A stretch of DNA of 64,000 bases, taken from positions 688 to 64,687 of the forward strand of contig DUDS01000010.1 in assembly GCA_004769085.1 (NCBI GenBank). The letters are read 5' to 3'. Shown here piece by piece: positions 51,990 to 62,376 of this stretch. The position numbers and the translations under genes were made by a program. The first letter of the stretch is position 1. Each line of letters begins with the position of its first letter. The notes below the pieces were generated by a model that was not told the DNA's origin, did no database searches, and was given only the letters and a program-made list of their open reading frames with translations. The stretch is from Candidatus Melainabacteria bacterium SSGW_16 (GTDB taxonomy: Bacteria > Cyanobacteriota > Vampirovibrionia > 2-02-FULL-35-15).

Positions 51990-53683
51990 AGACACAATGG
52001 AAAAAGATAAAATTATTTATAGCAGGAATTTCTATAATTATTTCAATAGAATGTTTTACTCCTTTGACATCATATGGGTTTTCAAGAATTGTAGACTTAT
52101 TACTTAATAATGAGTCTGTAAAACCTGAAGATTTTATTACAACATTAAAAAAAGTTAAAAAGAATCCAAAGAAAAATAAATTAAGAGTTGTAGAGGCAAG
52201 ACATACTAATACAAAAAACCTTCAGTTTGAAATTGATACATCAGGTGTCATTGTTAAAAACGAAAATGACATTCAAGCCCCTATAAGCAATCAAGGATTT
52301 CTAGACTCCATCCAAGAAGCTATAGATCTCTGGGATGATGTTGATATTGCAAATGTTTCATTTGCTCCACTTAAATTTGCTTCTGGCAGTGCTGATGCAA
52401 ATGACGGCAAGAATATTATTTCATTTCGTGCAGCTGAACCTCCAGAAGGTGTTCCTGACGGTGCAAATTATATAAGCATTATTAACTATGCTAGGACTGA
52501 AAATGTCCTGTTTATGGGTAAGAATATTATGGTTAAACCAGGAGCCATACTTGATGCAGACATAATATTTGATCCAACAAATAATCCCTGCTTAGCCCTT
52601 CAGACCACTATAGGAGATTTTAAATTGGGTGGTGATGATGTAGCCATAAACGAAGGGGGAGTTGATCCAAGTGCAGACTTAAGTATTTGTAGCTCAGTGT
52701 CTGGTGGTGATATTACAGAGCTTGCAATTCAGGGAATTGGAAGTGCTTTAGGATTAGATCCCTCAGCAATTGCAAGTGCAGCTACCAGTTCTGTTTCAGA
52801 AATTAGAGAACGTTATTCTCTTACAAGCGATGACAAAATAGGACTAGCAAATATCTATCCAAATAAAAAAAATCTTAAAAACCGTGGTTCTATAAGAGGA
52901 AAAGTAGTATTAAATAAAAAACCTGTTGTTGGAGCTCATGTTGTATTAGAAGACAATAATTCAGGTGAACCCTTAGTTGGTACTTTAAGCAATATTAAAG
53001 GTCAATTTTCAATAAACCATATTCCTGAAGGAACGTACACAGTTTATGTTGAACCACTTGATGGTCCTGCAAGAAAAAATGTATTTCCCAGAGTTTTCTA
53101 TGGCACAGTAGGTCAGTTAAATTTCACAACAGGTGTATTTAATAAAGATGTTACTATAAGAAAAAGTAAAACAACTCATCTGTCAATAAACGTAAAAGAA
53201 TTATCCGCTTCAGCTTTTAACATTAATTATCAGACAGTTGCACTAACAGAAGCTGCTGTAAACGAATTTGGTGGTGCATTCCTATTGCCCATAAGAATAA
53301 TGCCAGGTGAAACTATTACAGATGTCCAGTTCTGGGGCGATAATATAAGCACAGGATTTGGAACATTAACAGTTAGTGGACCTGGAATAACTATAAGTAA
53401 CGAAACAGATGCAAGTATTCCTATATCACCTTTTGTACAATGTGAAGAATGCGAAGATTCGGCAGATAATCCCTGTAAAAGAGATCCTAGATGCCCACCA
53501 ACAGATGAAATAACAGTTGAACCAGATCAGATTCAAGGCATTATAGTTGATATAACCTGTGATCCAGATGTTGAACCAGGTCCAAGAAATATAATTTTCA
53601 CTGGTAATCAAATAGATCCAACACATCCTAGCTTTGGATTAAGGGATCAAATTTCAGGCGGATTAATAGTTACAGAAGATTAA
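51986..53683 (+). CDS. exported matrixin-fold protein (zinc motif lost) with carboxypeptidase-regulatory-like and Ig-like domains
   Basis: AIDLW, DGKNII, DADIIFD, QGIGSALGLDPS and LTSDDKIGLANIYP, then GSIRGKV..PVVGAHV..GQFSI..PEGTYTV. Confidence 0.75.
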   Translation: MKTQWKKIKLFIAGISIIISIECFTPLTSYGFSRIVDLLLNNESVKPEDFITTLKKVKKNPKKNKLRVVEARHTNTKNLQFEIDTSGVIVKNENDIQAPISNQGFLDSIQEAIDLWDDVDIANVSFAPLKFASGSADANDGKNIISFRAAEPPEGVPDGANYISIINYARTENVLFMGKNIMVKPGAILDADIIFDPTNNPCLALQTTIGDFKLGGDDVAINEGGVDPSADLSICSSVSGGDITELAIQGIGSALGLDPSAIASAATSSVSEIRERYSLTSDDKIGLANIYPNKKNLKNRGSIRGKVVLNKKPVVGAHVVLEDNNSGEPLVGTLSNIKGQFSINHIPEGTYTVYVEPLDGPARKNVFPRVFYGTVGQLNFTTGVFNKDVTIRKSKTTHLSINVKELSASAFNINYQTVALTEAAVNEFGGAFLLPIRIMPGETITDVQFWGDNISTGFGTLTVSGPGITISNETDASIPISPFVQCEECEDSADNPCKRDPRCPPTDEITVEPDQIQGIIVDITCDPDVEPGPRNIIFTGNQIDPTHPSFGLRDQISGGLIVTED

Positions 53684-54492
53684 ATATCGTCATCTGGCAG
53701 CTCATTTTCACCTGTTTTTGTGGCTTCTTGAATAATAGCATCTGCAAGATTTTGATCATAGGCAGTTCCAATATCAGTCAAATCAATATCATGAACTGGT
53801 GTTCGAATAAACTTACATTCAATAATTGCTGGAGAATTTTCAAAAACACTGTCTCTAATAGAATTAGAAATCACTTTTTTAGGTGGTACAGGTATATGTA
53901 TTTTAACTTTTCCATCAATTACAATAAATTTTTTACCATTATTTCTTATAGTTCCTACTCGTTTTACAAATGTTTTTACTACAACATCAATTTCTTGCCC
54001 TGAATCATCTAACCCATCAAATTCATATAGATCTGTTTTTAAATCTTCTTTAACTTTAATATAATATTTTGCTCTTGCATTTTTTACAAATACAAGCTCT
54101 CTGGGCGGTAGTAAAAGCTTAGCAATATCCTCTTTTGTTACACCATTAACCTGAACATATAAATCAACAGATATCTCTTTATTTGTATTATTTATATTTG
54201 AAACTTTTGCACGTTCAAAGATAGCAATTTTTTGATTCTTCTGATCAATGAAATATGAGTTACCACCAGATTTAAACACCGGGGTTTTTAAAAAAATATC
54301 TTGCAATACGCCACCCGTTCTACATGGTCCAATAGTTGCATCTGGTAAATCTGGAACTATAGAGTTTAAAAATGTTTCTGTATTTGTCTCACCTAAAACT
54401 TTACTAAATAAAATATTTGAAATATTACAGATAAGTATAATTAGAACAAAAAAACAAATATTATTTTTCATAAGATTCATAGGAAGAAACAC
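53680..54492 (-). CDS. hypothetical exported protein
   Basis: Signal-like N-terminus; C-terminal IECKF..P..DL shared with 62373-62987. Exact start uncertain. Confidence 0.72.
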   Translation of the reverse strand: MFLPMNLMKNNICFFVLIILICNISNILFSKVLGETNTETFLNSIVPDLPDATIGPCRTGGVLQDIFLKTPVFKSGGNSYFIDQKNQKIAIFERAKVSNINNTNKEISVDLYVQVNGVTKEDIAKLLLPPRELVFVKNARAKYYIKVKEDLKTDLYEFDGLDDSGQEIDVVVKTFVKRVGTIRNNGKKFIVIDGKVKIHIPVPPKKVISNSIRDSVFENSPAIIECKFIRTPVHDIDLTDIGTAYDQNLADAIIQEATKTGENELPDDDI

Positions 54493-54779
54493 CTATAATT
54501 ACCTTAGACCCTAATTAACTTATACTCTTAAATTTATTAAACTAAGCAAAAAACAACAATTTATTATTAAAAAATATGGATAGCTCTATATTAGGATTAT
54601 AAAAGCGACTAATTTTTGTAAACATAATACCTATGTGAATTTAGCTTATAAAATGCCTCATATCTAAAATATAATCTCCTTAGATAGGGTAGGTCTTATT
54701 AGAAGAGTATTTATTACCAGGAATTTACAGCTTGAATAATAATCTAAATATAACCATTAAGAATAAAAAAACTATTCAC

Positions 54780-57700
54780 ATGGCCCTGTTTTTCTTAATA
54801 ATAGTCGGGTTAAATTTTTTATATTTATTACCTTTAAAAGCTGAAAGAGTAGATTCTCTTCCTGGCTGTGGAGATAGAAATTGTGCAACTAATCCAACGG
54901 ATGCAGTAATAGCAAATGACAGCACATTTATCTTAATAGTAGATTCTTCGCCATTTCCATTTATAAGAAGGTTTGATTTTAATGGAACGGTTTTTAACAA
55001 TAGCACATTAATAAATCTCAAAGAAAACAATCCAAATAAAATTCCTCTAAAGATTGGATTAAACAAAAACAACAATAAGTCATTTGTTTATAAAACTCCT
55101 TCAGGAACAGATAAAGGTTCTGTACAAATTATTAATCTCACTAATAATTCAGTAAAATTACTAATTTCTCCAACATCAGGCGGAAAACAATTAGACAGTA
55201 TTGGTTTTATTGATCCTGATGGAAAAAAATTAATAGCCTGCGTTAGTGATTCAAAGAATTCAGAACTATTAATTATCGATATAGATACTGACACTGTAGA
55301 AAGCAATGTTTCACTTCCTGATAAAGCAAGTTCAATTGCTGTATCAACAAACTTCACAAAAGCAGTTATAGCTTTTAAATCTACATTTTCACAATCAATA
55401 GGACTTTATGATATACAAAGCGGAAAAATAATCAGACTTGACACACCAATTAATATCTTCTTTAAAATAGATGATTTTATCGCTAGAGACGATTTCGATC
55501 TTAATGGCAACATTTCTGTCCTTTCTACAGTAAGTGGAGCGCATGCATTATCATATTTAAATCTAAAAGAGAATAATCTTACTGTTAAAATATTGGATAA
55601 AAATACACAGGGTCAATCCATTGCAACAATTTCTAGAGATGGAACATTAGCAATAGTTGCAGGTGCTGTGCTTAACTCCCCAACAGGATTTAGGATATAT
55701 AAAATTGATTTGACCAATAGCAATTTTCCTATTATTACAGAAGCATCATTTTCTGATGGAACTTCAGTAATCGATGTTGATATTACGCCCGATCAAAATA
55801 AAGTAATTCTTCTTTTAAAGAAAGATACTGGCAAAATCCTTAGGATTTTAAACATAAATGATTTTTCAAAAATTAGTGATGTATTTGTCGCCAATGATAA
55901 TTCAAAAAATGTACTTGCAGTAGATCCAAGAGGGAATTTTGCCATAGCCATTAACCAAAATGGTAGTATACCTGCCAGCATAATTACAGATTTTGCTGCA
56001 GGTCCAATAATCAGAAGTATTACACCAAATTTTGGAAGTATTAATGGTGGAACTCTATTCACAATTGATGGACTTTTAGATCTAAATAGATTTACATCTA
56101 AAGATGTAAAAATATGTTTTAAAGATCTTAATACATGCGCATCATCTGTTGAAGTATCAGCAGATGGCAGGACCATTAAAGGAATTACACCAAAAATGGA
56201 GAAAGAAGGAATTGAAAATATAATTCTTGTTGCAGAATCAAAAGTCAATGAATGCTCCAGCACAGAAAAATGTGTAAGTTGCTCAGAAATAACATGTACA
56301 CAGGGACAAACCAAAACAACAGGAACCTGCTGTGAATGTCCAAAATGCATATATAATACAAGCACCTATAAAGATATTTTTGATTTTAGGAATGATATAG
56401 CAATATCTGATACAATTCCACCAAAAATTAAAATTACAAAACCCACAATTCCTATAGCTACAAACAAAAAAGAAATAAAACTTGAAGGTGAAATTGATGG
56501 GACAGGATCCCCAGTAGAAACCCTTACAATTAATAATGAATCAACAAAAACAACACAAACTGAAAAAGCAAACATAGTTACATTCAGTGCAAATTTAAAA
56601 TTTGAAAAGGATAACAGTTATTTAATAAAACTGTCTACGAAAGATAAAGCAGGAAATCTGACAGAAGAAAACATTGAAGTTATTGTTGATACAGTAGAAC
56701 CAAAATTATTAAATATAAAAGCAGATAGGACAGTAAACGGTGATTTTAATTTATCTGGAACAGCTGATGGTACTGGATCTAATATAGTTAAAATTTTAAT
56801 AAATAATGTAAACCTAAATATTAATCCAGGAAAGCTGGTTGACTTTTCAACAACAACAAATAACTCTCCAGCAATTCTTAAAATAACAGATGCAGCAGGA
56901 AATGTTTTCAGTACAAGTGTAAATATATTAAATGGCACAAATGAACCAATAATTACATTTTTGTCACCAAAAGATTCAAACATATTGAAATCAAGAAGAG
57001 TAATCGTAAAAGGAACAGTTGATGGAAACAATTCAGAAGTTAAAAGTTTAACTATAAATAATTCAAATACTTCGTTTACCAGACAAAGTAAAAATAAAGT
57101 AATTTTTAGCAGACTAATAGAATTTAATCAGGATGGTTTATTAGACATAACTGCAATAGCTACAAATAAAGATAATTTGACAGCAACAAGAACAATAATG
57201 GTAAGAATTGATTCTGTCATCCCTTCCGCTACTGCTTCTGCTGAGTTTACTCAAGATGGTAAAATTAAAGTCTCTGGCTCCGCTGATGGCACTGGTTCTA
57301 ACATCTCTTCAATCTCTGTAAATAATGTCCAGGCTCAATTCTCTCAAACCCCTACTTCTGATTTCTCTGTCTCCATTACCCCTTCCTCATCCATCCTACT
57401 TACCATTATCGATGCCGCTGGTAATAGATTTAGTCAACAGGTCCCTTTCTCTGAAAAGATCCCTCCTGCTATTACCATTACTACTCCTTCTGATTTACAA
57501 GCTTTTAAATCTAAATCAATTAGAGTCTCTGGTATCGTCGATGGCACTGGCTCTCCTGTTACTTCTGTCCTCATTAATAACATTAGAGCTGGCTTCTCTT
57601 CCTCCAAACAACCACTCAACTCTGTTTCATTTAATGGATCTGTTTCTTTCACTAAAGATGGCTCTTTTGATGTTACAGTATCTGCTACAGACAAAGCTGG

Positions 57701-60700
57701 TAACTCCTCTAATAAACCTATTAAAGTTATTATTGATTCTGTCATCCCTTCCGCTACTGCTTCTGCTGAGTTTACTCAAGACGGTAAAATTAAAGTCTCT
57801 GGTTCCGCTGATGGCACTGGTTCTAATATCTCTTCAATCTCTGTAAATAATGTCCAGGCTCAATTCTCTCAAACCCCTACTTCTGATTTCTCTGTCTCCA
57901 TTACCCCTTCCTCATCCATCCTACTTACCATTATCGATGCCGCTGGTAATATTAACAAGAAAAATCTACAAATAATTCTGCCTCCTGACATAATTCCACC
58001 TATAATTACTTTAAATAATCCAACAGATCTAGAAATATTAAATTCAAGAGACATAAAAGTTGGTGGTTTGGTTAATGGCACAGGATCAAAGATTGTTTTA
58101 TTAACAATTAATGGAAACAAAGCAGCTACAACACAAACAAACGATCCTAATATTGTCAATTTTACAGAAATAATATCATTTAAAAATGATGGCTTGCAAA
58201 CAATAACTATTGCTGCAAAAGACAAAGATAACAATTCAAGTAAAAAATCAATTTCCATCACCATCGATACTGTCCTCCCTGATATCACTTCCTTCAATAT
58301 CGATACCAACGATAAAGATGAGTTCGTCCTTGACACTACTTTGTCTGGTACTGGTACTGATTTGGTTTCTCTCTCTATTAAAGATGATAAAAATAATCCT
58401 ATTACTTTTACTCCTGCATTTACTCCGAGTTCTTCCTTCTCTTTAACTGCTATCTCTCCCACCTCTGATACCTTCATCATTGAAGCTACTGATAAAGCTG
58501 GTAATAAACTAACTAAAACCTTAAAAACCTCAGGTGCTGCTCCTACTATCGATGTCTCTAAACCTTTCGATAATGCTTTCTTTAATGTCAGCGACATCCT
58601 CACTGAAGGTTCTGTTACCTTCTCCGCTCCTAAAAAAGTTTTTAAAATTAATGATACTGATGTTAATTTGTCTTCAACTCCCGACCCCTCCGTGTTTACT
58701 TTCAAAAAGACGCTGACTTTTATGGATGGTACACACACAATTACATTCTTGGCTAAAGATAAACTCCTTCGCTCCTCTAGCACTTCTCGCACTATCACCA
58801 TCGATACTTTATTACCAATAGTAAACGCTACAGTAGTTCGTTCAAATAACAACTTCACCATTAATGGAAGTGCTGAAGGCACAGGGAGTAATATTATTAT
58901 TATAGAAATAAACGGAAACTCATTAGCAATCACTGAAGCTGAAAAAGTTGATTTTAATTTAACAGTTGAGAGCCCACAAGTATCAATAAAAGTTAAAGAC
59001 AAAGCGGGTAATGAAACAACAAAATCATTTGAACCAGTTGATCAAACACCACCTAAAATAACAATAAATGCACCAAAAAAAGCATTTTTTTATGGGACAA
59101 GAAAAATAAGAGTAATTGCAAAGATTGAAGATGACACAAGTATTAAAAAGGTATTTGTTAACGAGAAAGAAATTGATTTAACAAATACTAGCGGGAATAA
59201 TTCCGGTAAAAGAATGTCCTATCAAATAACAAACAATCCTAATAATGAACTTAAAATATTCAACCTCTCTGTTGATGAGGTAATAAATACTGAAGGGAAC
59301 ACAAAGATAAAAATCACAGCTATTGATACTTCAAACAATCAATCAGAAGAAACGATTGATTTCATCGTTGATTCAATAAATCCTGAATTTAACGTAAATG
59401 TCAAACCTGAATCTGGTGGGACCTATACTGTTTCAGGAAGTGCAAATGGAACAGGTTCAAAAATTATATCCATAGAAATAAACGGACAATCAATTGATAT
59501 AACACCTGATGCCGTAATAAATTTCTCAGGAACAGCCGATAAAACACCCTTAACAGTTAGAGTATTTGACAGCGCAGGGAATCAAACAGAGCAAACAATA
59601 AATGCACAATTACCAGATACAACACCTCCAAATATAAAAATAATTTCACCTAATAATGGAGATGTATTCACTGATACAACAAACATTAATATCAACTTTA
59701 CAGCGGAAGATAATATTCAACTAAAAGAAGTAACACTTAACAGCAACAATATTCAACCTGTAAGCGAATTTAATTATTCTGCAAATGTAACCTTACTTCC
59801 CGGAGATAATTTATTTACTGTTATAGCAACTGATACAAGCAATAACACAGCAACAAGTACCATTTCAATATCATACTCACCACCACCGCCACGTAAAAGC
59901 ATAGGAGGAGGCGGAGGAGGCGGCGGCGGTGGTGGACTGGTGTTAACTCTTCCTCCACCGATTATTAGTCCTAATACTTCAATCTTTGAAGGAGTTTTAG
60001 AACCAGTATCCAACAATGAACTTCCTGAAACAGTTGAAGTCGCAAATCCACCAGCAACTCGCGATGGCAAGAAAGCAGATATTAGTATAGTTCCCACTGT
60101 CCAAGGACTTGAACTAAAAAGAACAGATGACAATTTGCTTTTAATTCCGCAAGGCTGCTCATTTGCAACAATAATAAAACCATTAGCAGAAATTATAAAA
60201 ATAACTGATGAAGAATTAAATAATAAATATGCAACTATACTTATAGATAGTACAGGTAGAACCTTTTTAGCAGGATTTGCATTCTTTATAAAATCAAAAC
60301 AAGATATACAATCTAATGAGCCTATATTTATCTCATCAGATGATACACCTTTAAAACTAATTACAACATTACAAATTCCACCTGAAGCAAATGAAGGAAA
60401 TACAAGAGTATCAATTATAGGCAGTAAAGGTACACTTGCGACAATTAACATAATTATAGAAACAGATATTGAAGTTAAAACCAGAAGAAGATCTAATGAG
60501 CTTGATAAGCCAAAAATAGTTGGCACGATTAAAGCAACTATAAAAAAACTAAATAATAAATTTACAGTCTTAATTCTTAAGATACATGCTGATAATTTAC
60601 TTAATAAAATAGCCATTATAGATGGAAAAATTGTAAAAATACGAGGTGAAAGGAATTCACTTACAAGATTAAGCTTTATACCTGAAGAAGGAATAAAAAT

Positions 60701-61022
60701 AAAAAGTTCTGTATTAAAAAACAAAAAATCACTTAGAACAGTTATAAAACTTGAAGATGATATAGAACTTGGAATTAAACTATTTAACATTACAACACCC
60801 AAATGTGCTGACATAGGTGCAATAATAATTCCTAAAGAACTAAATAAAGGCTCTTTAGAAGCAAGTGATAATCCTGAAAGTTTAATACTTGAAGATTTTA
60901 TTAAAGCTCAAAATGCATTATCTGAGAAAAAAAACAAACAAGTAGAAGACAAAGAAGAATCTATTGAATCTGAGATAGATGATGAGGGAGAATATTTAGA
61001 AGAGTTTAAGAATATAGATTAA
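54780..61022 (+). CDS. giant surface protein: beta-propeller-like N-terminus, IPT/TIG-like domain, many bacterial Ig-like repeats, Pro/Gly linker
   Basis: Signal peptide from ATG 54780; PIIRSITPNFGSINGGT (IPT-like); recurring DT.PP.I.I..P / G..DGTGS / D.AGN modules; PPPP..G11 linker; acidic tail. Confidence 0.88.
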   Translation: MALFFLIIVGLNFLYLLPLKAERVDSLPGCGDRNCATNPTDAVIANDSTFILIVDSSPFPFIRRFDFNGTVFNNSTLINLKENNPNKIPLKIGLNKNNNKSFVYKTPSGTDKGSVQIINLTNNSVKLLISPTSGGKQLDSIGFIDPDGKKLIACVSDSKNSELLIIDIDTDTVESNVSLPDKASSIAVSTNFTKAVIAFKSTFSQSIGLYDIQSGKIIRLDTPINIFFKIDDFIARDDFDLNGNISVLSTVSGAHALSYLNLKENNLTVKILDKNTQGQSIATISRDGTLAIVAGAVLNSPTGFRIYKIDLTNSNFPIITEASFSDGTSVIDVDITPDQNKVILLLKKDTGKILRILNINDFSKISDVFVANDNSKNVLAVDPRGNFAIAINQNGSIPASIITDFAAGPIIRSITPNFGSINGGTLFTIDGLLDLNRFTSKDVKICFKDLNTCASSVEVSADGRTIKGITPKMEKEGIENIILVAESKVNECSSTEKCVSCSEITCTQGQTKTTGTCCECPKCIYNTSTYKDIFDFRNDIAISDTIPPKIKITKPTIPIATNKKEIKLEGEIDGTGSPVETLTINNESTKTTQTEKANIVTFSANLKFEKDNSYLIKLSTKDKAGNLTEENIEVIVDTVEPKLLNIKADRTVNGDFNLSGTADGTGSNIVKILINNVNLNINPGKLVDFSTTTNNSPAILKITDAAGNVFSTSVNILNGTNEPIITFLSPKDSNILKSRRVIVKGTVDGNNSEVKSLTINNSNTSFTRQSKNKVIFSRLIEFNQDGLLDITAIATNKDNLTATRTIMVRIDSVIPSATASAEFTQDGKIKVSGSADGTGSNISSISVNNVQAQFSQTPTSDFSVSITPSSSILLTIIDAAGNRFSQQVPFSEKIPPAITITTPSDLQAFKSKSIRVSGIVDGTGSPVTSVLINNIRAGFSSSKQPLNSVSFNGSVSFTKDGSFDVTVSATDKAGNSSNKPIKVIIDSVIPSATASAEFTQDGKIKVSGSADGTGSNISSISVNNVQAQFSQTPTSDFSVSITPSSSILLTIIDAAGNINKKNLQIILPPDIIPPIITLNNPTDLEILNSRDIKVGGLVNGTGSKIVLLTINGNKAATTQTNDPNIVNFTEIISFKNDGLQTITIAAKDKDNNSSKKSISITIDTVLPDITSFNIDTNDKDEFVLDTTLSGTGTDLVSLSIKDDKNNPITFTPAFTPSSSFSLTAISPTSDTFIIEATDKAGNKLTKTLKTSGAAPTIDVSKPFDNAFFNVSDILTEGSVTFSAPKKVFKINDTDVNLSSTPDPSVFTFKKTLTFMDGTHTITFLAKDKLLRSSSTSRTITIDTLLPIVNATVVRSNNNFTINGSAEGTGSNIIIIEINGNSLAITEAEKVDFNLTVESPQVSIKVKDKAGNETTKSFEPVDQTPPKITINAPKKAFFYGTRKIRVIAKIEDDTSIKKVFVNEKEIDLTNTSGNNSGKRMSYQITNNPNNELKIFNLSVDEVINTEGNTKIKITAIDTSNNQSEETIDFIVDSINPEFNVNVKPESGGTYTVSGSANGTGSKIISIEINGQSIDITPDAVINFSGTADKTPLTVRVFDSAGNQTEQTINAQLPDTTPPNIKIISPNNGDVFTDTTNININFTAEDNIQLKEVTLNSNNIQPVSEFNYSANVTLLPGDNLFTVIATDTSNNTATSTISISYSPPPPRKSIGGGGGGGGGGGLVLTLPPPIISPNTSIFEGVLEPVSNNELPETVEVANPPATRDGKKADISIVPTVQGLELKRTDDNLLLIPQGCSFATIIKPLAEIIKITDEELNNKYATILIDSTGRTFLAGFAFFIKSKQDIQSNEPIFISSDDTPLKLITTLQIPPEANEGNTRVSIIGSKGTLATINIIIETDIEVKTRRRSNELDKPKIVGTIKATIKKLNNKFTVLILKIHADNLLNKIAIIDGKIVKIRGERNSLTRLSFIPEEGIKIKSSVLKNKKSLRTVIKLEDDIELGIKLFNITTPKCADIGAIIIPKELNKGSLEASDNPESLILEDFIKAQNALSEKKNKQVEDKEESIESEIDDEGEYLEEFKNID
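57207..57951 (+). repeat. intragenic 220-bp direct repeat (57207-57426 and 57732-57951)
   Basis: Near-identical copies 525 nt apart; three synonymous C/T differences seen. Confidence 0.93.
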
Positions 61023-61339
61023 ACTGATTTACATTCTTCAATCAATTTTTTAAGTTCACCATTTGCAAACATTTCTCTTGTAATATCACAACCACCTATA
61101 AATTTTCCATCGATAAAAACCTGTGGAACAGTAGGCCAGTTAGAATATTTTTTTATGCCTTCCCTAAGTTCAGTATCTGAAAGCACATCTCTGGTTTCAA
61201 AAGGTACTCCTAACATGTTAAACACATCCACAACGGCAGCAGAAAATCCACATTGAGGCGCGTCTTTTGTACCTTTCATGTAAACAATTACTTTGTTTGA
61301 TTTAACTTCAGATTCAATTTCATCTAAAATGTTACCCAT
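61019..61339 (-). CDS. grxD: monothiol glutaredoxin (Grx4)
   Basis: MKGT..PQCGFS, WPTVPQ and GGCDI motifs. Confidence 0.96.
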   Translation of the reverse strand: MGNILDEIESEVKSNKVIVYMKGTKDAPQCGFSAAVVDVFNMLGVPFETRDVLSDTELREGIKKYSNWPTVPQVFIDGKFIGGCDITREMFANGELKKLIEECKSV

Positions 61340-61439
61340 TTCTATTCCTCCTTAGAATTTATATAACTAATTTTATTCAATATTTTAAAATGTTGCAGAT
61401 CATCAAAATAAAGGGCTTGTAGACAGTTTAAAGAATATG

Positions 61440-61721
61440 TTAAATATTATGTCCTATATCCCTTGAAAATGTTGGTTTAATTTTTTGCCATTGGGCAGGT
61501 GAATATGTCTTTAGTGTCAGTGCATGTATTTCATTGGTTTTCATCTCATTCTGTAAAACATCATATACAATCTTATGTTGTTCAACCAGTGTTTTGTTTT
61601 CAAAATCAGGCGAAACAACGATAGCCTGTATATGATCACCACCTCTTAGATCAATAACTTCAAGATGTATTGTTTTTATTTTCTCTTTTATTTTTCTTTC
61701 AATTTCTAGAATAGGAATCAT
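61440..61721 (-). CDS. bolA: BolA family protein
   Basis: H...IVVS..F..K..VEQH..VY and IHALTLKT motifs; adjacent to grxD. Confidence 0.92.
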   Translation of the reverse strand: MIPILEIERKIKEKIKTIHLEVIDLRGGDHIQAIVVSPDFENKTLVEQHKIVYDVLQNEMKTNEIHALTLKTYSPAQWQKIKPTFSRDIGHNI

Positions 61722-61725
61722 AGCT

Positions 61726-62376
61726 TTAATTTAACTCAGGCATTCTTCTGTTTACAAAATTCATAAGATTATCATACTGCATATATGGATTGGTGATTTT
61801 CTGATTTCCAACAGAATCATTTGTTTTTTCAGCATAATTATGCCCAGGAAAAATTATTGTGTCATCATCCATTTTCATTAGCTTGTTATAAATTGTGTCA
61901 AACATCTGTTCAACATTCCCGCCAGGCAAATCACACCTGCCACAACCATTAATAAACAAAGTATCCCCGGAAACCAGATTATTACTTACCAAAAAGCACT
62001 GTGAGCCTGGCGTATGCCCGGGAGTATGTACAAACTGAATTTCAATGTCACCGAGTTTTAGTTTGTCTCCGGACTTTGTTTTCTTTATATTTTCACCCCA
62101 CCCAAACTTAAAAAAATCCATCTCATGAGTATTAATATAAACAGGAACATCAATGGATTTCAGAAATTCTTCAACACCATTAGTATGATCAAAATGTCCA
62201 TGGGTAATTAAAGCACCTTTTATATTTAACTTATCTTTCTTTGCTTCTTCAAACAATAAATTTACATCCCATGCAGGATCAACGATTACAACATCCTTAG
62301 TATTTTTATCACCTATAAAGTAAATAAAATTCTCCATAGGACCAACTTCAATTTGTTTAAGCAAAAGATTACTCAT
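61726..62376 (-). CDS. MBL-fold metallo-hydrolase (glyoxalase II / persulfide dioxygenase-like)
   Basis: THGHFDH, TPGHTPGS, SGDTLF..GCGR.D and PGHNY motifs. Confidence 0.9.
   Translation of the reverse strand: MSNLLLKQIEVGPMENFIYFIGDKNTKDVVIVDPAWDVNLLFEEAKKDKLNIKGALITHGHFDHTNGVEEFLKSIDVPVYINTHEMDFFKFGWGENIKKTKSGDKLKLGDIEIQFVHTPGHTPGSQCFLVSNNLVSGDTLFINGCGRCDLPGGNVEQMFDTIYNKLMKMDDDTIIFPGHNYAEKTNDSVGNQKITNPYMQYDNLMNFVNRRMPELN

Noticed and set aside
57207..57951. 220-bp repeat pair as a DGR template/variable repeat
   Set aside because: The differences are three synonymous C/T changes, not adenine-specific; both copies are in frame and no reverse transcriptase is present.
59878..59960. Poly-Gly/Pro tract as a phase-variation switch
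   Set aside because: Mixed triplet codons would keep the frame on slippage; it is best read as a flexible linker.
57869..60814. Long antisense ORFs (377 aa and 346 aa)
   Set aside because: Shadow frames of the biased, repetitive giant gene; no recognisable motifs.
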